From: Stegostoma tigrinum
Taxonomy: Eukaryota
Assembly (NCBI RefSeq): GCF_030684315.1
Contig: NC_081396.1
Span: 3,906,001 to 3,970,000, forward strand
Direction of reading: 5' to 3'
DNA length: 64,000 nucleotides
In this document: positions 1 to 12,299 of the stretch, in pieces
How the letters are laid out: each line of letters starts with the position of its first letter
Numbering within the stretch: position 1 is the first letter of the stretch
The notes under the pieces: model-generated
The model's database searches: none
What the model was told of the DNA's origin: nothing
What the model saw: the letters and a program-made list of their open reading frames with translations, nothing else
Position numbers and translations under genes: made by a program

Positions 1-1960
1 GGCCTCTGATAGAAACACAACAAAATGATCATTTTTCTCTCATTTTAAAATTGAACCAAATGACTTTATTGGCCGGTTTCACAGCAATATCTCCACTTTG
101 TATAGCTGTAAAGGTCTCCCAAATTAAAAGCGCCACTCCCGCTTCTGTCTTGCTTCCCGTTTTGTCCTTACGAGAGACATACCTCTGGAACATCAACTGC
201 CAGTCCTATCCTTCTCTGAGGCATTTTGTTCTAATTGAGATCTCCCCATTCATACCTTCAGCCCATCTGAATTCTCTGTCAGTCCTGCTGCTTTCAAATA
301 ACTCTGGTTAAATTTATCAGTCTTACTTCGTCTCTGTCAATCTCTTGTTGTTTTTGACTCTTAAATTGCTCATATCACCTCCTGCACTGGTCTCAGCCTT
401 ACTTTAGTCTTAGTATTGCCATGGCTCCCACCAATGCCATACATTCCCGTGACTAACTTAAAGCCTCACAAGTAGCGAAAACACATTCCCCCTCAAGTTT
501 ATTGGTCCTCTTCCAATTCAGCTTAACCCTTCCCTCTCACACAGGTCACTTGTACCACTGAAGAGATCCCAATGGTCCAAAATGGCGAATCTTTTCCCCT
601 GCAAGACACGGTCAATCACACAATCATGTGCCCTGTCCTTCTATTTCTGCTGTCAAAGTTACAGTCGATACGAAATAAAGGCCAACACGAATTTCGCCAT
701 CCTTATGAATGGCTGTTAATTTAAAAAGTTAGATTTTCTTGTGATTTAAGGACCAGCACACGCAAATGTGTCGTGTTGATTTCTGAATTCATTTCATATT
801 TCAATAATATTTTGCCACTCTGTTTTAGCTCTCAAACTGCATAATCTCACTTTTTCCATCTATTCTCAGTTATTTCATCTGTTTGGCATGAATATGCCAA
901 GTTTTTATTTTCAGATTTTGCTGACTCTCAGGTACAGCCAATATCCCTCAACAATTTTTCTTGTGTCATATTCACCATTTCCCTTTTCTGATATTCTTGT
1001 TTCATTTGCAAACTTACCGACAACACATTGATTTTTCTCATGTAAGTCATTATCGTATCTTTCAATTATTTGTGCACCAAACACTGATTCCTGTGATGCT
1101 ACCTTCGTCAGAAGTTGACATCCTGTGAAGTCCAATTCTTCATCTAAATATATTTCTACTTTGAATTTGGCAATCCTCTGTCCACATTAATGTACTGCCT
1201 CCAAAGTCACGGGCTCCGAGCTGGTTAAGTTATCATACGTGTGGCACCGTATCTAATGTCTTCAGAGAATCTCAGCATCTTGCAAGTCCTGAACCCTCCT
1301 TCTTTTGGATTCTACGTTATCAAATATTTCTACGTTATTTATCAGGCAAAATTTCACTTTCATAAAACTATTTTCTGTCCTCTTGATTATGCTATGTAAT
1401 ATTGAAATGCACTGTTGTTACTTTTTTCAGTAAATGAAGTTAAACAAAATGGCCTTCCTCACCCTTCATGTTATCTTCTCCTTTTTAAATAAAGGTGTTA
1501 TCCAATCATCAGAGTCTTTTCTGAAATTTTATTACTGCTGTAAAATTAAACCCAGCATAACAAACGCTTCTGTCATTTTTTAAATCCTTGATTCGATCTC
1601 ATTATTTGCAATGCACTCATTCATATTTAGTTCAATGATTTAAGTGCTTCTTTTCCCCCAGTGAAACTTTCTTTGTTGTATTCCTCACCCTTATTTGGCC
1701 CTTCCATATTCAGTCATTTTGGAATTCTACTGTGAAGGCAGATGCACAGTATTTTTTCAAAATGTCTATTTCATTATTGTTCCTAAATATGCATTCTGCA
1801 GCTCCAATCATGAGGGCGGTATGTTCACTTTGGCCCTTCTTTTCCTTTCTATATATTTTTGGAAGCGTTTGCTGTCTGTTTTAATATTATCTGCAATTTT
1901 AATTTCAATATTTTCCTGCTCACGCCTCATTAATTTTTTGTTTGCCTTTTGATATTTCTT
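1..1960 (+). repeat. Copy 1 of a long direct repeat (paralogue at about 62047-64000); largely decayed CR1-type LINE sequence
   Basis: Collinear similarity by eye, e.g. CCGGTTTCACAGCAATA, GTACCACTGAAGAGATCCCAA and TGTGATTTAAGGAC(C/G)AGCACACGCAAAT in both copies. Confidence 0.9.
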
Positions 1961-2489
1961 CAAACAATCTGAATACTCTCCTGACCTATCATAATGATGA
2001 CGTTTAATGTAATGCCTCTTTATTCTTTTTTTGATCTCTTTAACTTCCCGCCTTAACCATAATAACTTGTTTCCTTCTGATAATCATTTCTTCTCACTGG
2101 GATATATCTTTGCTCTCAACCAGGAAATATTAAAATCTTAAAAGTATGCCATTGTTCTTCATACGACTTTGCTGCTAAACTCATTTGAAGTCCATTCCAG
2201 CAAGCGTGGCCCTCATTTCTTTGTAATTACACTTCTGTAAGCTTGTTTCCAACACAAGTTACTGTCTCCCCAACTGAAATGAAATTTTATTGTTCCAATC
2301 TAATCTTAGAGTCTGTCATTATTTACCAAATTTGCCTCTTTCTGCATTACTGGATCCAACGTGTCAAGTTATCAGGTTGGATGCACTACATATTGTTTGA
2401 GGAATCTGTCCCACATATGGCCACAGTGGACAGGTCTCTGGCAGTGAGCCTGGACCTGCAAGACAGAAGTGAATGGGGTAGAATCGGAT

Positions 2490-3010
2490 AGCAATTGTTG
2501 TGCGGAATTCAATAGTAAGAGGCACAGAGAGGCAGCTCTGTGAACGCGAACGAGATGAATAGAAAGAATGTTGCCTCTTAGGTGCCAGGGCCTGTGACAT
2601 CTTGGATTGCGTCACTCAAGTTTCTTAAGTGGGAAGGTGAGCAACCAGCAGTCATGGTGCACATCGTTGCAAATGACTAAGGTAGAAAAAAGGACTGAGA
2701 ATGTGAAAAATGAGTGCTGGGAGTAAGGTTGGAAGTTGAAGTCCGCAAAAAATTCGTGGACCTATCTCTGGATTACTACCAGTGCCACGTGATAACGAGG
2801 TAAGGAATAGGAAGAGTATGCATCTAAATAAGTGGTTACAGGGTTCATGTAGGAAGGAGGATTTCTATTATCTGAATAAGTGGATCATATTCTGGGGAAG
2901 GTGGGGCCTGTACAGAAACGACGGGCTGGACCTGAACTGGAAGGGCACAAATATCCTGGGAGGGAGATTTGCTCAAGTTGTACGGGATGGTTTAACCTAG
3001 ATTGGCGGGG
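2490..3010 (+). mobile_element. CR1-type LINE ORF1 (SGNH esterase) decayed fragment
   Basis: Remnant peptides NSIVRGTERQLC and DGLDLNWKGTNILGGRFAQVVRDGL, typical of the CR1 ORF1 C-terminus; frameshifted. Confidence 0.8.
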
Positions 3011-3400
3011 ATGGGGAATGGGATATGTAATTCAGTGGACATGGTATTCAGCTTTCCAACAGACACAACAGGGAGTGAGTTTGTTAATAAAGATATACAC
3101 TGGATGGAGCAAAAGTGCGGACACAGGTATGGTTTATGGTGTGCATACTTCAATGTTTGAAGTTTCAGAAATAAGGCGGATGAACTTAGAGCATGAGTCA
3201 GTACTCGAAAGTACGATGTTTTGGCCAATAGAGAAAGTTGGGTCACTCGGGGGCAGGAATAATTTTTTGAAATTCTGGGATTCAGATGCGAAAAAAGAAA
3301 TAGGGAGGCTGGTAAGAGAGGCAGAGGAATGGCATTGTTAGTTTGGGCTGATATAGTAGCTGCTGAATGGCACTTGGAGAATGATACGTCTACAGAAAGA

Positions 3401-3502
3401 GAGATAACGGGAATTGCAGATGCTGAAAAGTCCGAGATAACAAAATGTGGAGCTGGACGAACACAGCAGGCCAAGCAGCATCTTAGGAGCACAAAAGCTG
3501 AC
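3401..3502 (-). mobile_element. Half copy of a short palindromic Penelope-terminal-repeat-like element
   Basis: Matches one arm plus tail of the elements at 22793-23015 and 57432-57641. Confidence 0.75.
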
Positions 3503-3731
3503 TTTTTGCGCACTCATCATTCAGCCTGTGGATTAAGCCTTCAGACATATTGAGTGAAAGGTGGGCTTACATTAATGGGTGGCAAGTTATTGAAGCATTA
3601 ACCTAAATGACTGCATGAAACAAAATCAGATATCAGTATAAAGCTGTACAAACTTGGGAAGATATATCATTACTGATGACCCTTGAAGAAAGAATGAAGC
3701 AAATTCAAGGTTTGTGCATATTCATTGAAGG

Positions 3732-3737
3732 TTTATT
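3732..3737 (-). terminator. Probable membrane-form polyadenylation signal
   Basis: AATAAA about 450 nt downstream of the TM2 stop. Confidence 0.55.
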
Positions 3738-4186
3738 TACCGTTTCAGACAGCTTTTGTACCGAAAAGTTCATGTCAAAATCACCAAAAATGAACATAAC
3801 GACTCGATGCCACATGGAGATGATAATGCATGAGCTCTGAGCTCTGAATTTTACGCTCATCGGTAACAGTAACCAGAGGGGGAAAAAAAAGAAATGGGTT
3901 CAACGAAAAGGACAGGGAACAATTCTGAATTAGGAATAACAAGAACAAGAGCACAAATTGTCTTCAAACAATTGGGAAGCAACAAAATTTTGCAACAATA
4001 ATTATCTTGACGATATCAAACAAGGTAATTTGGAAAACTCATTGAATAGTTTCTGAGTTACACACTCTCAAACTGAATTGATCTCACTGCTAGTGTCAAC
4101 AAAAGGACAGATGGTATATTTGGATCTCAGTGGCCTCGACACACATAAAATTTCTTCCACGAAGTTCTATGACGTGGAAAATTCAT

Positions 4187-4195
4187 TCACTTGAC
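4187..4195 (-). CDS. IGHM: IgM TM2 exon coding part (VK*), giving a KVK cytoplasmic tail
   Basis: TTTTTCAG|GTC AAG TGA. Confidence 0.93.
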   Translation of the reverse strand, partial: VK

Positions 4196-4334
4196 CTGAA
4201 AAAGAGTGATTGGGGAATGATTTAGATATCGATTGTCAGGGCGTTCAGGTGTTAATTTTAATTCAATGACACACTTAGAGATTTCACAAGCCACAATGGT
4301 CTGTTTGATGGGTGAATGATTTCATTATTCTCAC

Positions 4335-4462
4335 CTTCACCAGCGTGACAGCAGCACTATAGAAAATGCTCAGGAAGAACAAGGTGATGAATGCAGAAGC
4401 TGTTGCCCAGATGTTGCCGTTATCATCCTCAAAATCTTCAATCCAATTATGATCTATCGAAT
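4335..4462 (-). CDS. IGHM: IgM transmembrane exon TM1 (DSIDHNWIEDFEDDNGNIWATASAFITLFFLSIFYSAAVTLVK)
   Basis: Acceptor TTCATAG at 4463, acidic spacer plus CART-type TM motif, donor AAG|GTGAGA at 4334. Not in the ORF track; translated by hand. Confidence 0.96.
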
Positions 4463-6168
4463 CTATGAATATAAAGCCGAGACAATGGATTTAGATTGTC
4501 CATTGGTCCAAATGACAAATCTTTATCTAAATAATGTCATCAGGTACCATTACAATTTTTAAAAGCTGACAGGTTGTTCTCAAATTTGTTTCTTGATTTT
4601 TGTCTCTTATTGAGTTAATTACTCTCAGGAATAACTTGCTGATACTAATTTCACATGTTCTTCCTTTGTTATCCATGTCTGAACATTCCGAAGCAGTTCA
4701 TCATTTAAAATGTTCTTGGAGAGTAGGATCATTGTTATCATTCCAGGTGTATTGATTGGGAATGACTGTAGTAATTCGCTCATTATATTTTCCAAACAGG
4801 CTGTGGCAGCTGGTAAAGTTGAATATTGTGGTCATCATTGGAGAAGAGTGCAAATGTGATTACTCATCTTCTTTATTTATATGCATTCAATTGCTTGAAA
4901 AATCATGACCAAAATTTGGATTCAGAGTAAGATCTGTTGTTTTTTTTATTTTTGTGAACCTTTCCTATGTTTTTGCTTTATTGTTTGGGTATGTGGTTAT
5001 GAGTGTCTCTTCCTTCACAGTTTTTCACGTTGAAGCTTATGCATAACTGAACATGTTCATGTCGCCTTGGTGCTGATGTGTTCATTCACATCTTTGTGCA
5101 TGTGTAGGTAAATTGTGTTCAGTCCAGAAGTGTAAGCCACAATATCTTAAGATGCCACTTCATTCTTTGATACCGATCTTTACTTTTTATTGACTTTGTG
5201 ATTTTTATGTTGTGTCGTGCTAATGAAAATGTGTGTTAAAATATCGATATCAGAATCTACCAGACTTAGATTATTTTCATGATTGTACTCCATAAATGTG
5301 TTCTGTTAGTAGGAACCGTCATGTTTTGATTGATGTGTATATTTATGTGATAACGTGATTTCTTTGGCAATGCATCCTCAAACATCTCCCTGATGCGATT
5401 TCTTGTGCGAATGCATGTGAATGTTCACTGGTGTTGTGCCATTCCCGTTTTGTTGCCAATATCCCACTGTGTGTTGATCTTTGCACTTCTAAGTCGACAT
5501 TTGAGTCTCGTAAATTGTGTGTACGCGTGGCCGTGTTTATGTGCTGATCAAATAGTTTAAAATTACGTAACTGAGCTGCATCTTTCTTCATATGACTATT
5601 CTTTCCGCAAGTGAGGTAATAATGAGTTTAAAATTTATGTTGCTCTCATATATGACTATTTGAGTGCACCTGTGGAAGGATACATCTGGGATATTGTATG
5701 TGTGTTTATAAATGCATGTCCGTACGTATTATGGTGTGTGAATGGACATGCATTCATGAGCATTTGTGTGCTGAGGTGTGTCTCCGTTTTTCATGATTAT
5801 GTGCAGTTACCACTGTTTATTTGGGTGTGTTCCTTCTATGCACTGGCCTTTGGTCTTTTTTTGTGAGAAAATACACGACAGCTCATATATCATATGCAAG
5901 TGTGCCTGCCTGCGTGTATCCATCCGTGACAGCTTATCTGTATGTGCATTTCTGTTCGCACATATGTTTGTCCCTGCAAGTGAGAGCTTGTATATGTGTG
6001 TATTTAGACCGCTTGTGAATGTTTGTCTGTATATGTGTTTGTTTAAGGTCTGAAAAAAGACTGTTATTTTTTCATTGTTGAGCTATTTTAATCGATTACC
6101 ATTGATTACATCTGATCCAGATGGTGTGGGGAATATTTCTTGCCGTTATGGGGAGATAAGCACTTTGT

Positions 6169-6489
6169 TAGGGACTTTTGAGATGATTTATAGCTCAGGT
6201 TTTGGGTGGACGTTTGCTCGCTGAGCTGGAAGTTTCGTTTTCACATGTTTCGTCACCATTCTAGGTAACATCATCAGTGAGCCTTCGCTGAAGCGCAGGG
6301 GTTATGCCCTGCTATCTGTGTATGTGTTATGTTTCCTTGGACATCACCAACCCAAGGAAACCCAGACACATAAATAGAAAGCGGGACATAACACCAGCGC
6401 TTCACTGGAGGCTCACGGTTGATGCTACCTAGAATGGTGACGAAACGTCTGAAAACGAACCGTCTAGCTCAGCGAGGAAACTTGATTCC
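6169..6489. mobile_element. Foldback insertion (Penelope pLTR-like, hammerhead motif) with 13-bp target-site duplication
   Basis: Inverted arms about 6212-6340 and 6352-6483; direct repeat ATAAGCACTTTGT at 6156-6168 and 6490-6502. Confidence 0.85.
6241..6280 (-). ncRNA. Minimal type-I hammerhead ribozyme-like motif (probably degenerate)
   Basis: CTGATGA-T-GTTACC-TAGAAT-GGTGAC-GAAAC: conserved core and 6-bp helix II. The triplet after GAAAC is ATG here but GTC in the other arm. Confidence 0.6.
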
Positions 6490-7452
6490 ATAAGCACTTT
6501 GTGATTGATGCAGGTATGTTGGATATAAAATATGTACAAGGCATGTGAAAGAAAGTGACATTCGGTGTTTGTATCCCAGAACTGAGTCCACGGGTTACAG
6601 GATTTTGATTCAAAAGTCTGGCAAATATTTGGAATAATGCCAGTTTGGCTTTGAATGATGCAGAACTAATTTTAACAAATGATTAATGGTTCAAGCGTGT
6701 CCAACAGGCTTCAAAGGAAGTATGTTGCGTGGAAAATTTAAATCATTGGTTGTAAGGAAGAAGCTGATTGTTCCTGTAAGCTGCAAAATCACATTGCAGA
6801 GGGCGTACAACGTGAAAACTCGGCAAGGGGATTGAGCAGATAGTCCGTTAATTGTTGTACTCTCTCTTGTCGCTTGACAAGAAAAAAAAAATTCTTCCTG
6901 TCATATTTTACGTGAAAGTGAAGATACATTGTGTCGACTGATGCACTGTTGCGAGATCCCTGACAGTCCCCAGATAAAAATAGGATAAATTCAAATCATT
7001 CTGAACACGACATGCTTTTTGCCCAAAGCAGTACTATCTTGTTGGCTTGTTCCAATAGAGAATACGTTTAAATGTCTCTAACGTTTATTTTCTCAGGTAG
7101 TGCAACGGAGCAGTTTAAAGCTGGAATGAAATTTATCGACATGGGCCATTGAGGAATATGGGAAACAAAAATCATAATTCGTGATGTTCATTTGCGATGA
7201 ATTGGGCATTGCCAAATTTTGTCAAAGTGTGATTTAGGTTGGAATAGGTACTTTGCAGAATCCTGCGATTAGTGAACTTCATTCTGTCACTGAACAGGGC
7301 CGATCTGAGCAAGGACCATTAACTGTGCAAGCAAAGGTTATGGACGTGCTAACTGCCGACATCGACTGGCAGGACAAAATACTTTTAAAAGTGGGAAACA
7401 CAATCAATTAAACTGTTGTCAATTTACATCACAATTGGAGGAAAGAAAATGG

Positions 7453-7467
7453 TTTATTAATTTTATT
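7453..7467 (-). terminator. Secretory-form polyadenylation signals (two AATAAA)
   Basis: AATAAA at 7467-7462 and 7458-7453, about 30-40 nt after the stop codon. Confidence 0.8.
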
Positions 7468-7494
7468 GAATTCGTAAGTGTAATCTTGAGATTT

Positions 7495-7886
7495 TCATTG
7501 GCATGAATTAATGGTGTCCATGAGTGCAAGCGAAATATTCACAAAACTCGGTTTACCGCTGGATTTATCAACTGTTCTGTTGATGATCTTCAATGGAATC
7601 GCTTCATGTCCCACCACACAGGAGTAAGAAGCACCGCTGGCCCACTCCTCCGCAGCAATGGATAATAGGCTGTACAAGAAGAAGGAGGTGTTATCGCTCT
7701 CTGCCGTCACCTCGGTGTTCTTATAGTTAGTGGGATTAACTGGCTTGTCGTTGGTTGTCCACTTGACAAAGATCTCTCGGGGCCTGAAACCTCTCACTAA
7801 ACAGGTGAGCGAAACAAACTTCTGTGCGGAGACGTCTTCTGTCGTTGGCAGGAGGACAGAAACCGATGGCTCCAACGGATTTATCA
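7495..7886 (-). CDS. IGHM: IgM constant exon Cmu4 plus secretory tailpiece ([20 protein letters not shown]); internal donor for the membrane form after 7557
   Basis: Acceptor TTCTGCAG at 7887, C1-set domain, tailpiece with N-I-S sequon and penultimate Cys, stop 7497-7495, cryptic donor AGCG|GTAAAC at 7556. Confidence 0.97.
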
Positions 7887-8338
7887 CTGCAGAATATTTG
7901 AAACAAATATAAATTACTTTTAAAAGTTCAAGAAGCAATATTGGAATTTCACCGAATATTCAAATATTCCATGTTTACGTTGGGATTTATTCTTTTTAAT
8001 TTTTTAAAGAAACAGAATGGTATTCATTCTATTCATTAAAAAAAACGTTTAGTTCAATAGTGGCCTCCATGTTATCAGCCCAGAAATCGGACATTTCGTC
8101 CATTTGTCGTCACTGGTGTTTACATAACCAAACTCGAGGTCTCCTAACAATTTGTTTGACTTGTCACAACAGAACATCCTTGAGTTCAATTTGTTTTTAT
8201 CAGTTACTTAGCTTTCTTAGCAGGAAATGATCTTTAATCCTCCCAGTGGTGTTACTTCATCAAAAATCAAAGCATTGTAATAATTAAAGGGGCCTAAACT
8301 ACAGATGGCATATTTTGTGCATTCATTTCTTCACTCAC

Positions 8339-8638
8339 ATTTCTCCTTGTGGATAGAGTGCCTCAGTGGAGTTGGTAGATACTGATTGTTCACCACGCAT
8401 TCAAATGTATCCCCACTCAGCCAGGCTTCAGTCGAAATATCTAACTTGCTGATCACTCCTTCCGACTGCTCTCCGGACTGGTCAACAATCTCTGATTTCA
8501 GAGTCTTCTTGTCGTGCCTCCAGGTGAAGTTGGCTTCAAAATGAAGGTTGTACACAATGCAGGTTAACGTCACCGTCGCCTCCAGTAAGACCTGTTCGAC
8601 TGGTGGCGGTAGTATTTTAGCTGTGTAATCATGGCACT
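8339..8638 (-). CDS. IGHM: IgM constant exon Cmu3 (ECHDYTAKILPPPVEQVLLEATVTLTC...AWLSGDTFECVVNNQYLPTPLRHSIHKEK)
   Basis: Acceptor TTTCAG at 8639, donor T|GTGAGT at 8338, 300 nt, phase 1-1. Confidence 0.96.
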
Positions 8639-9869
8639 CTGAAACTACATTGGAACAGAAGTCAGAATCAATGAAAAAATGCCGCTTGAGAAAGAAAATA
8701 CCAGTATTCAGTCCATTGACTCACAGTTTGAAGAAACCACCTTCGAGAGGGAAACTTCGAACTATTCCTGCAGTGATACTTACTTTTGTTCATATATTTT
8801 GACTTGTGAAAACATTGTTGATTACCTATGAAATGCCCTGTGTAATTACTACCAAAGAAAACTAGCTTTGCAACAAATGAATCCTGTGCAAATAAATAAA
8901 ATCATCACTTGTACCACGATTTAACCCATGGACGAATTTCCTTTCAGATTTCTTGTCTCACTTCAGGGCAACTTTTGATACTTTTGGGAAAACTAATCTC
9001 CAATCAAAATAATGAATTCATTTTTTCTTTCATGAGGCATGTGTGGAAATGCTGCTGGTCATGGTGAGTGCCAAATCAATTACCAATTTTCGCAAACCTG
9101 TAATCTAACGAGTTAGTTTCTTATTCCTCGTGTAATTATGGACATTTTCCGATGTTACAGGAGTATTGAGCTTTCACGGAAATTCTATTCAATGTAATTT
9201 AACGTAATGGAAATTAAGTTGCATTATTGGTGTGAGATCGTTCTCAAAATTAGCTCGTGAAATATTATTCCTCGTGTGCCGAATTTGCAGTCGACGTTAA
9301 AAAGAGACAAAGAATACAGCCTTCGAAATAGAGTAGGACACTCGTCCACTCAAGACCTCCCTCCACTACGCCCTCTTCAGCGAGGCATTGATTGGGCCTA
9401 CTTTCACTTTATTAAGGGAACAACAATCTTAAATTTCTTCACAGAAAAAAAAATCAAGTCGGGAGAGTTTAACATTGATGTGTAAACTCACCTGATATTT
9501 GCAGTGAAAAATTTCAACCTTCCACTACTCATTGCCTCAACATATCCATCCTGAAACAAGGCTGAAATATATTGGTTCTCATGCTGAGTCCATTCATTCC
9601 ATTTGCGGCATTCCCAACAGTACTAATTGTACTGTCATTTCCACTAATTACAGGAAACGCCTAAAACATGCTTGATAAGATCAAGTTTATAACTGCTAAT
9701 CAAATTGTATTCTCAATTGGTCACTGTTTTAGTGCCATGATGAATGTTAATGAACCCTGTAACATGTTAAAAAAATCAAGCAAATGCTCCAGGTCAACAG
9801 GCAATTCCTAATCTTGGAACGAAATATTGAACACAATTTGTTTTATTTTCAAATAATAGCCACTTCACG

Positions 9870-10230
9870 CCTTACCATGTCATCTTCTGACTACAAACCA
9901 AAAGATATCCGACCATAACCAGAAGATTCAGTCAGTCCAGTCTCCTCTGCCATTCGATCATGACTAATATGTTTCTCAAATGCATTCTCCCGCCTTCTCC
10001 CAGTACTAAGCACCAGCCAATGGAACTCTATGTTAAATATTCTCAATGACGTGACCTCCACAGCCCTCTGGCGCAGTGAGATCCACTGAATAGTCACTCT
10101 GTGGCTAAAGATATTCTTCTTTGGTCCAGTTCTATATGGTCATCCCTTTGACTTTTAGGCTGTGTCATCAGGCCCTTGTCAAACTTTTAGTGAAAACATT
10201 TTCTCCACACCAAACCTATCTCAGTTTCTC
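9870..10230 (-). mobile_element. Decayed CR1 LINE 3' end in the Cmu2-Cmu3 intron
   Basis: Motifs typical of a CR1 3' region (CCTCCACAGCCCTCTG-GCAGTGA-ATCCAC). Confidence 0.55.
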
Positions 10231-10586
10231 AGTGCTTTCTAAATTTCACCGAGGTCTCTTCTCGAGGGCTCCTCTCCCCACAATTCCTTTATCCTTGAAC
10301 CCATAACCAGCAGTGGATTCTGTATTCACACTCCCTCTCCAAGTATTGTCAAACGACAAATGAATCCAACTGACGATCATGTGTCATCAAAATAGTGGAA
10401 AGCATGATTCTCTGATTTGAATTATGAGCAATGGTGATGGAAAACTCACAATGAAATGAGACACACCCTGCATGATCTCAGATTAGAACCGGTCCCATGC
10501 TGTTTACTCAGCTTGATATAGTAAGTGTATTGGATTTGCATCAGTGATCAGAATTAGGATTCTTTCTGTAGTAATGCATCTCTTAC

Positions 10587-10895
10587 CCTGTGGTCCAGTG
10601 ATGTTTAGACGTTGAATAAGCCCTTCATGATCGACCTGACATGTATAGACTGCTCTGTTGAACCATTCACTATAAGGGACTCTCAGCTGACTGGTCGTTG
10701 AGAAGTTTCCATTTGTTTCACACACGGCAGAAGTGAAGATACCAGATTTTACCTCCCCTCCATTCTTCAACCAAGTCACGGAGATTTTCTTTGGATTGAA
10801 GTCAAAGACTGAACAGACGATGGTTGCAACTTTTCTGTGCTCGATTTCTTCACTGGAACTCACAGTTACGAGAATAGTTGGATGGGCATTACCAC
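10587..10895 (-). CDS. IGHM: IgM constant exon Cmu2 (CGNAHPTILVTV...ATIVCSVFDFNPKKISVTWLKNG...YTCQVDH...NITGPQ)
   Basis: Acceptor TTCTCAAG at 10896, donor G|GTAAGA at 10586, 309 nt, phase 1-1. Confidence 0.96.
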
Positions 10896-12299
10896 CTTGA
10901 GAAAACAGATCGTGTAAATTATCTGATTTGAGAACAAATAATGCCAGTTCTTCTCTTTCAATGCTCATTGCCGTTAGTAGATACTTGAGGAAACATTACA
11001 AGGATACTATTTATGCAGAATACTGCAAAAGGTGTCATTCAGGCAGAAAGATCAGCAGGTTGCTATCAAGGCCTAAAATTGGAAGAAACAACAAGTGCTA
11101 AATGTGGTGCAGAAATTATACATCAATCAAATCAATGAAAGAATTCCAACGAGTTGAAGAGATAAATGAGGAAATTAAGCAGTTGACATCACAGAGATAT
11201 GTTGACAGAGGGGAACGGCACATTATTACTGGAGATACAGCCTTCAGGTGAGTCACGCAAAGTTATGAAACACAGGTGGGAGGTGGAGGAGGTGATGGTT
11301 TCTGTCGTAATATCGAGCAGCATGCATTCCGTAGTAATGAGGAACGAAATCGTAGACACCTCCTCAAATGAAGGCATATGAAAATGACTTAAAAACCAAA
11401 ATAAAGCAAGAAGCCTGCGAGGAGAGCAAGAAAGGCTCCTTGACAGGCCCGAGAGATATGAATGCAGATAGATCAGCAAATTGTCAGACAAGTATACATA
11501 AATAGGCCAATGATTGTAAAGATATCAACTTCCCCAATGTAGGCTGGTCTTTCATCGTTTCAAGTGTCCAGAAGGAACAGATTTGTGAAATTGAGCTTTT
11601 GAAAATAGTGCGTTGGAGGCTTTGCAAGCGAGGCTGAACCTGGACTTAACTGAAGGTAATGAGGCTGAAAAAGTGCTGAATATACCAAGGGAGAAGCATT
11701 TTGCAGAGATTGATCACAAATTCATTGGATCAAATATTGTTCTGCAAAGTGAGAGTAATAGGCCCGAATCCAAATTATGAAACATGTGATGGTCAAACTT
11801 GTAATGATCACCTACGATTTGACCAGAGTGAACTGAGAACGGACATTTAATAGTAAATGTGAGTTGGAGCAGGAGGGTGCATTCAAGTAGGAAGTGCAAA
11901 GACTAAAAGGCTAACATGTATCAACAAAGAAAGGACATGTGATGAAAAATGAAGTGAGTCCTGGACATCCAAAGCCATACTGGGTTATCTCAAGACATTC
12001 ATTAAAAGCTTATAGCATGCGTCGAATGTTCAAAACAGTGGAAGCTCTCAAGACGTACAGAATATACAAGGCCAAGTTTGAGAAGAGAAATTCAGACAGA
12101 AACACAAAACATAAAATTCTATTGGCACAATATTGGAAAAGATGTTTAATAAAAAAAGAGCTGAGGTACAAGTTGATTAATGACAGAAGGATAACAATGG
12201 AATCAATAGGGCTCATTAAATGCAAGAGAAGTATTATTTGCCTGGATTAACAGCGCGTCGGTTCTATTATAAATGAATACATTGTGTCGCAGCTCACGA

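Noticed and set aside
5343-6053. Overlapping Cys-rich ORFs in the Cmu4-TM1 intron
   Set aside because: Degenerate TG-rich low-complexity sequence with no splice or domain support.
9492-9561. 59-nt or 70-nt cassette exon using upstream AG acceptors (9551, 9562) and the 9491 donor
   Set aside because: Neither length is a multiple of three, so inclusion would frameshift Cmu3.
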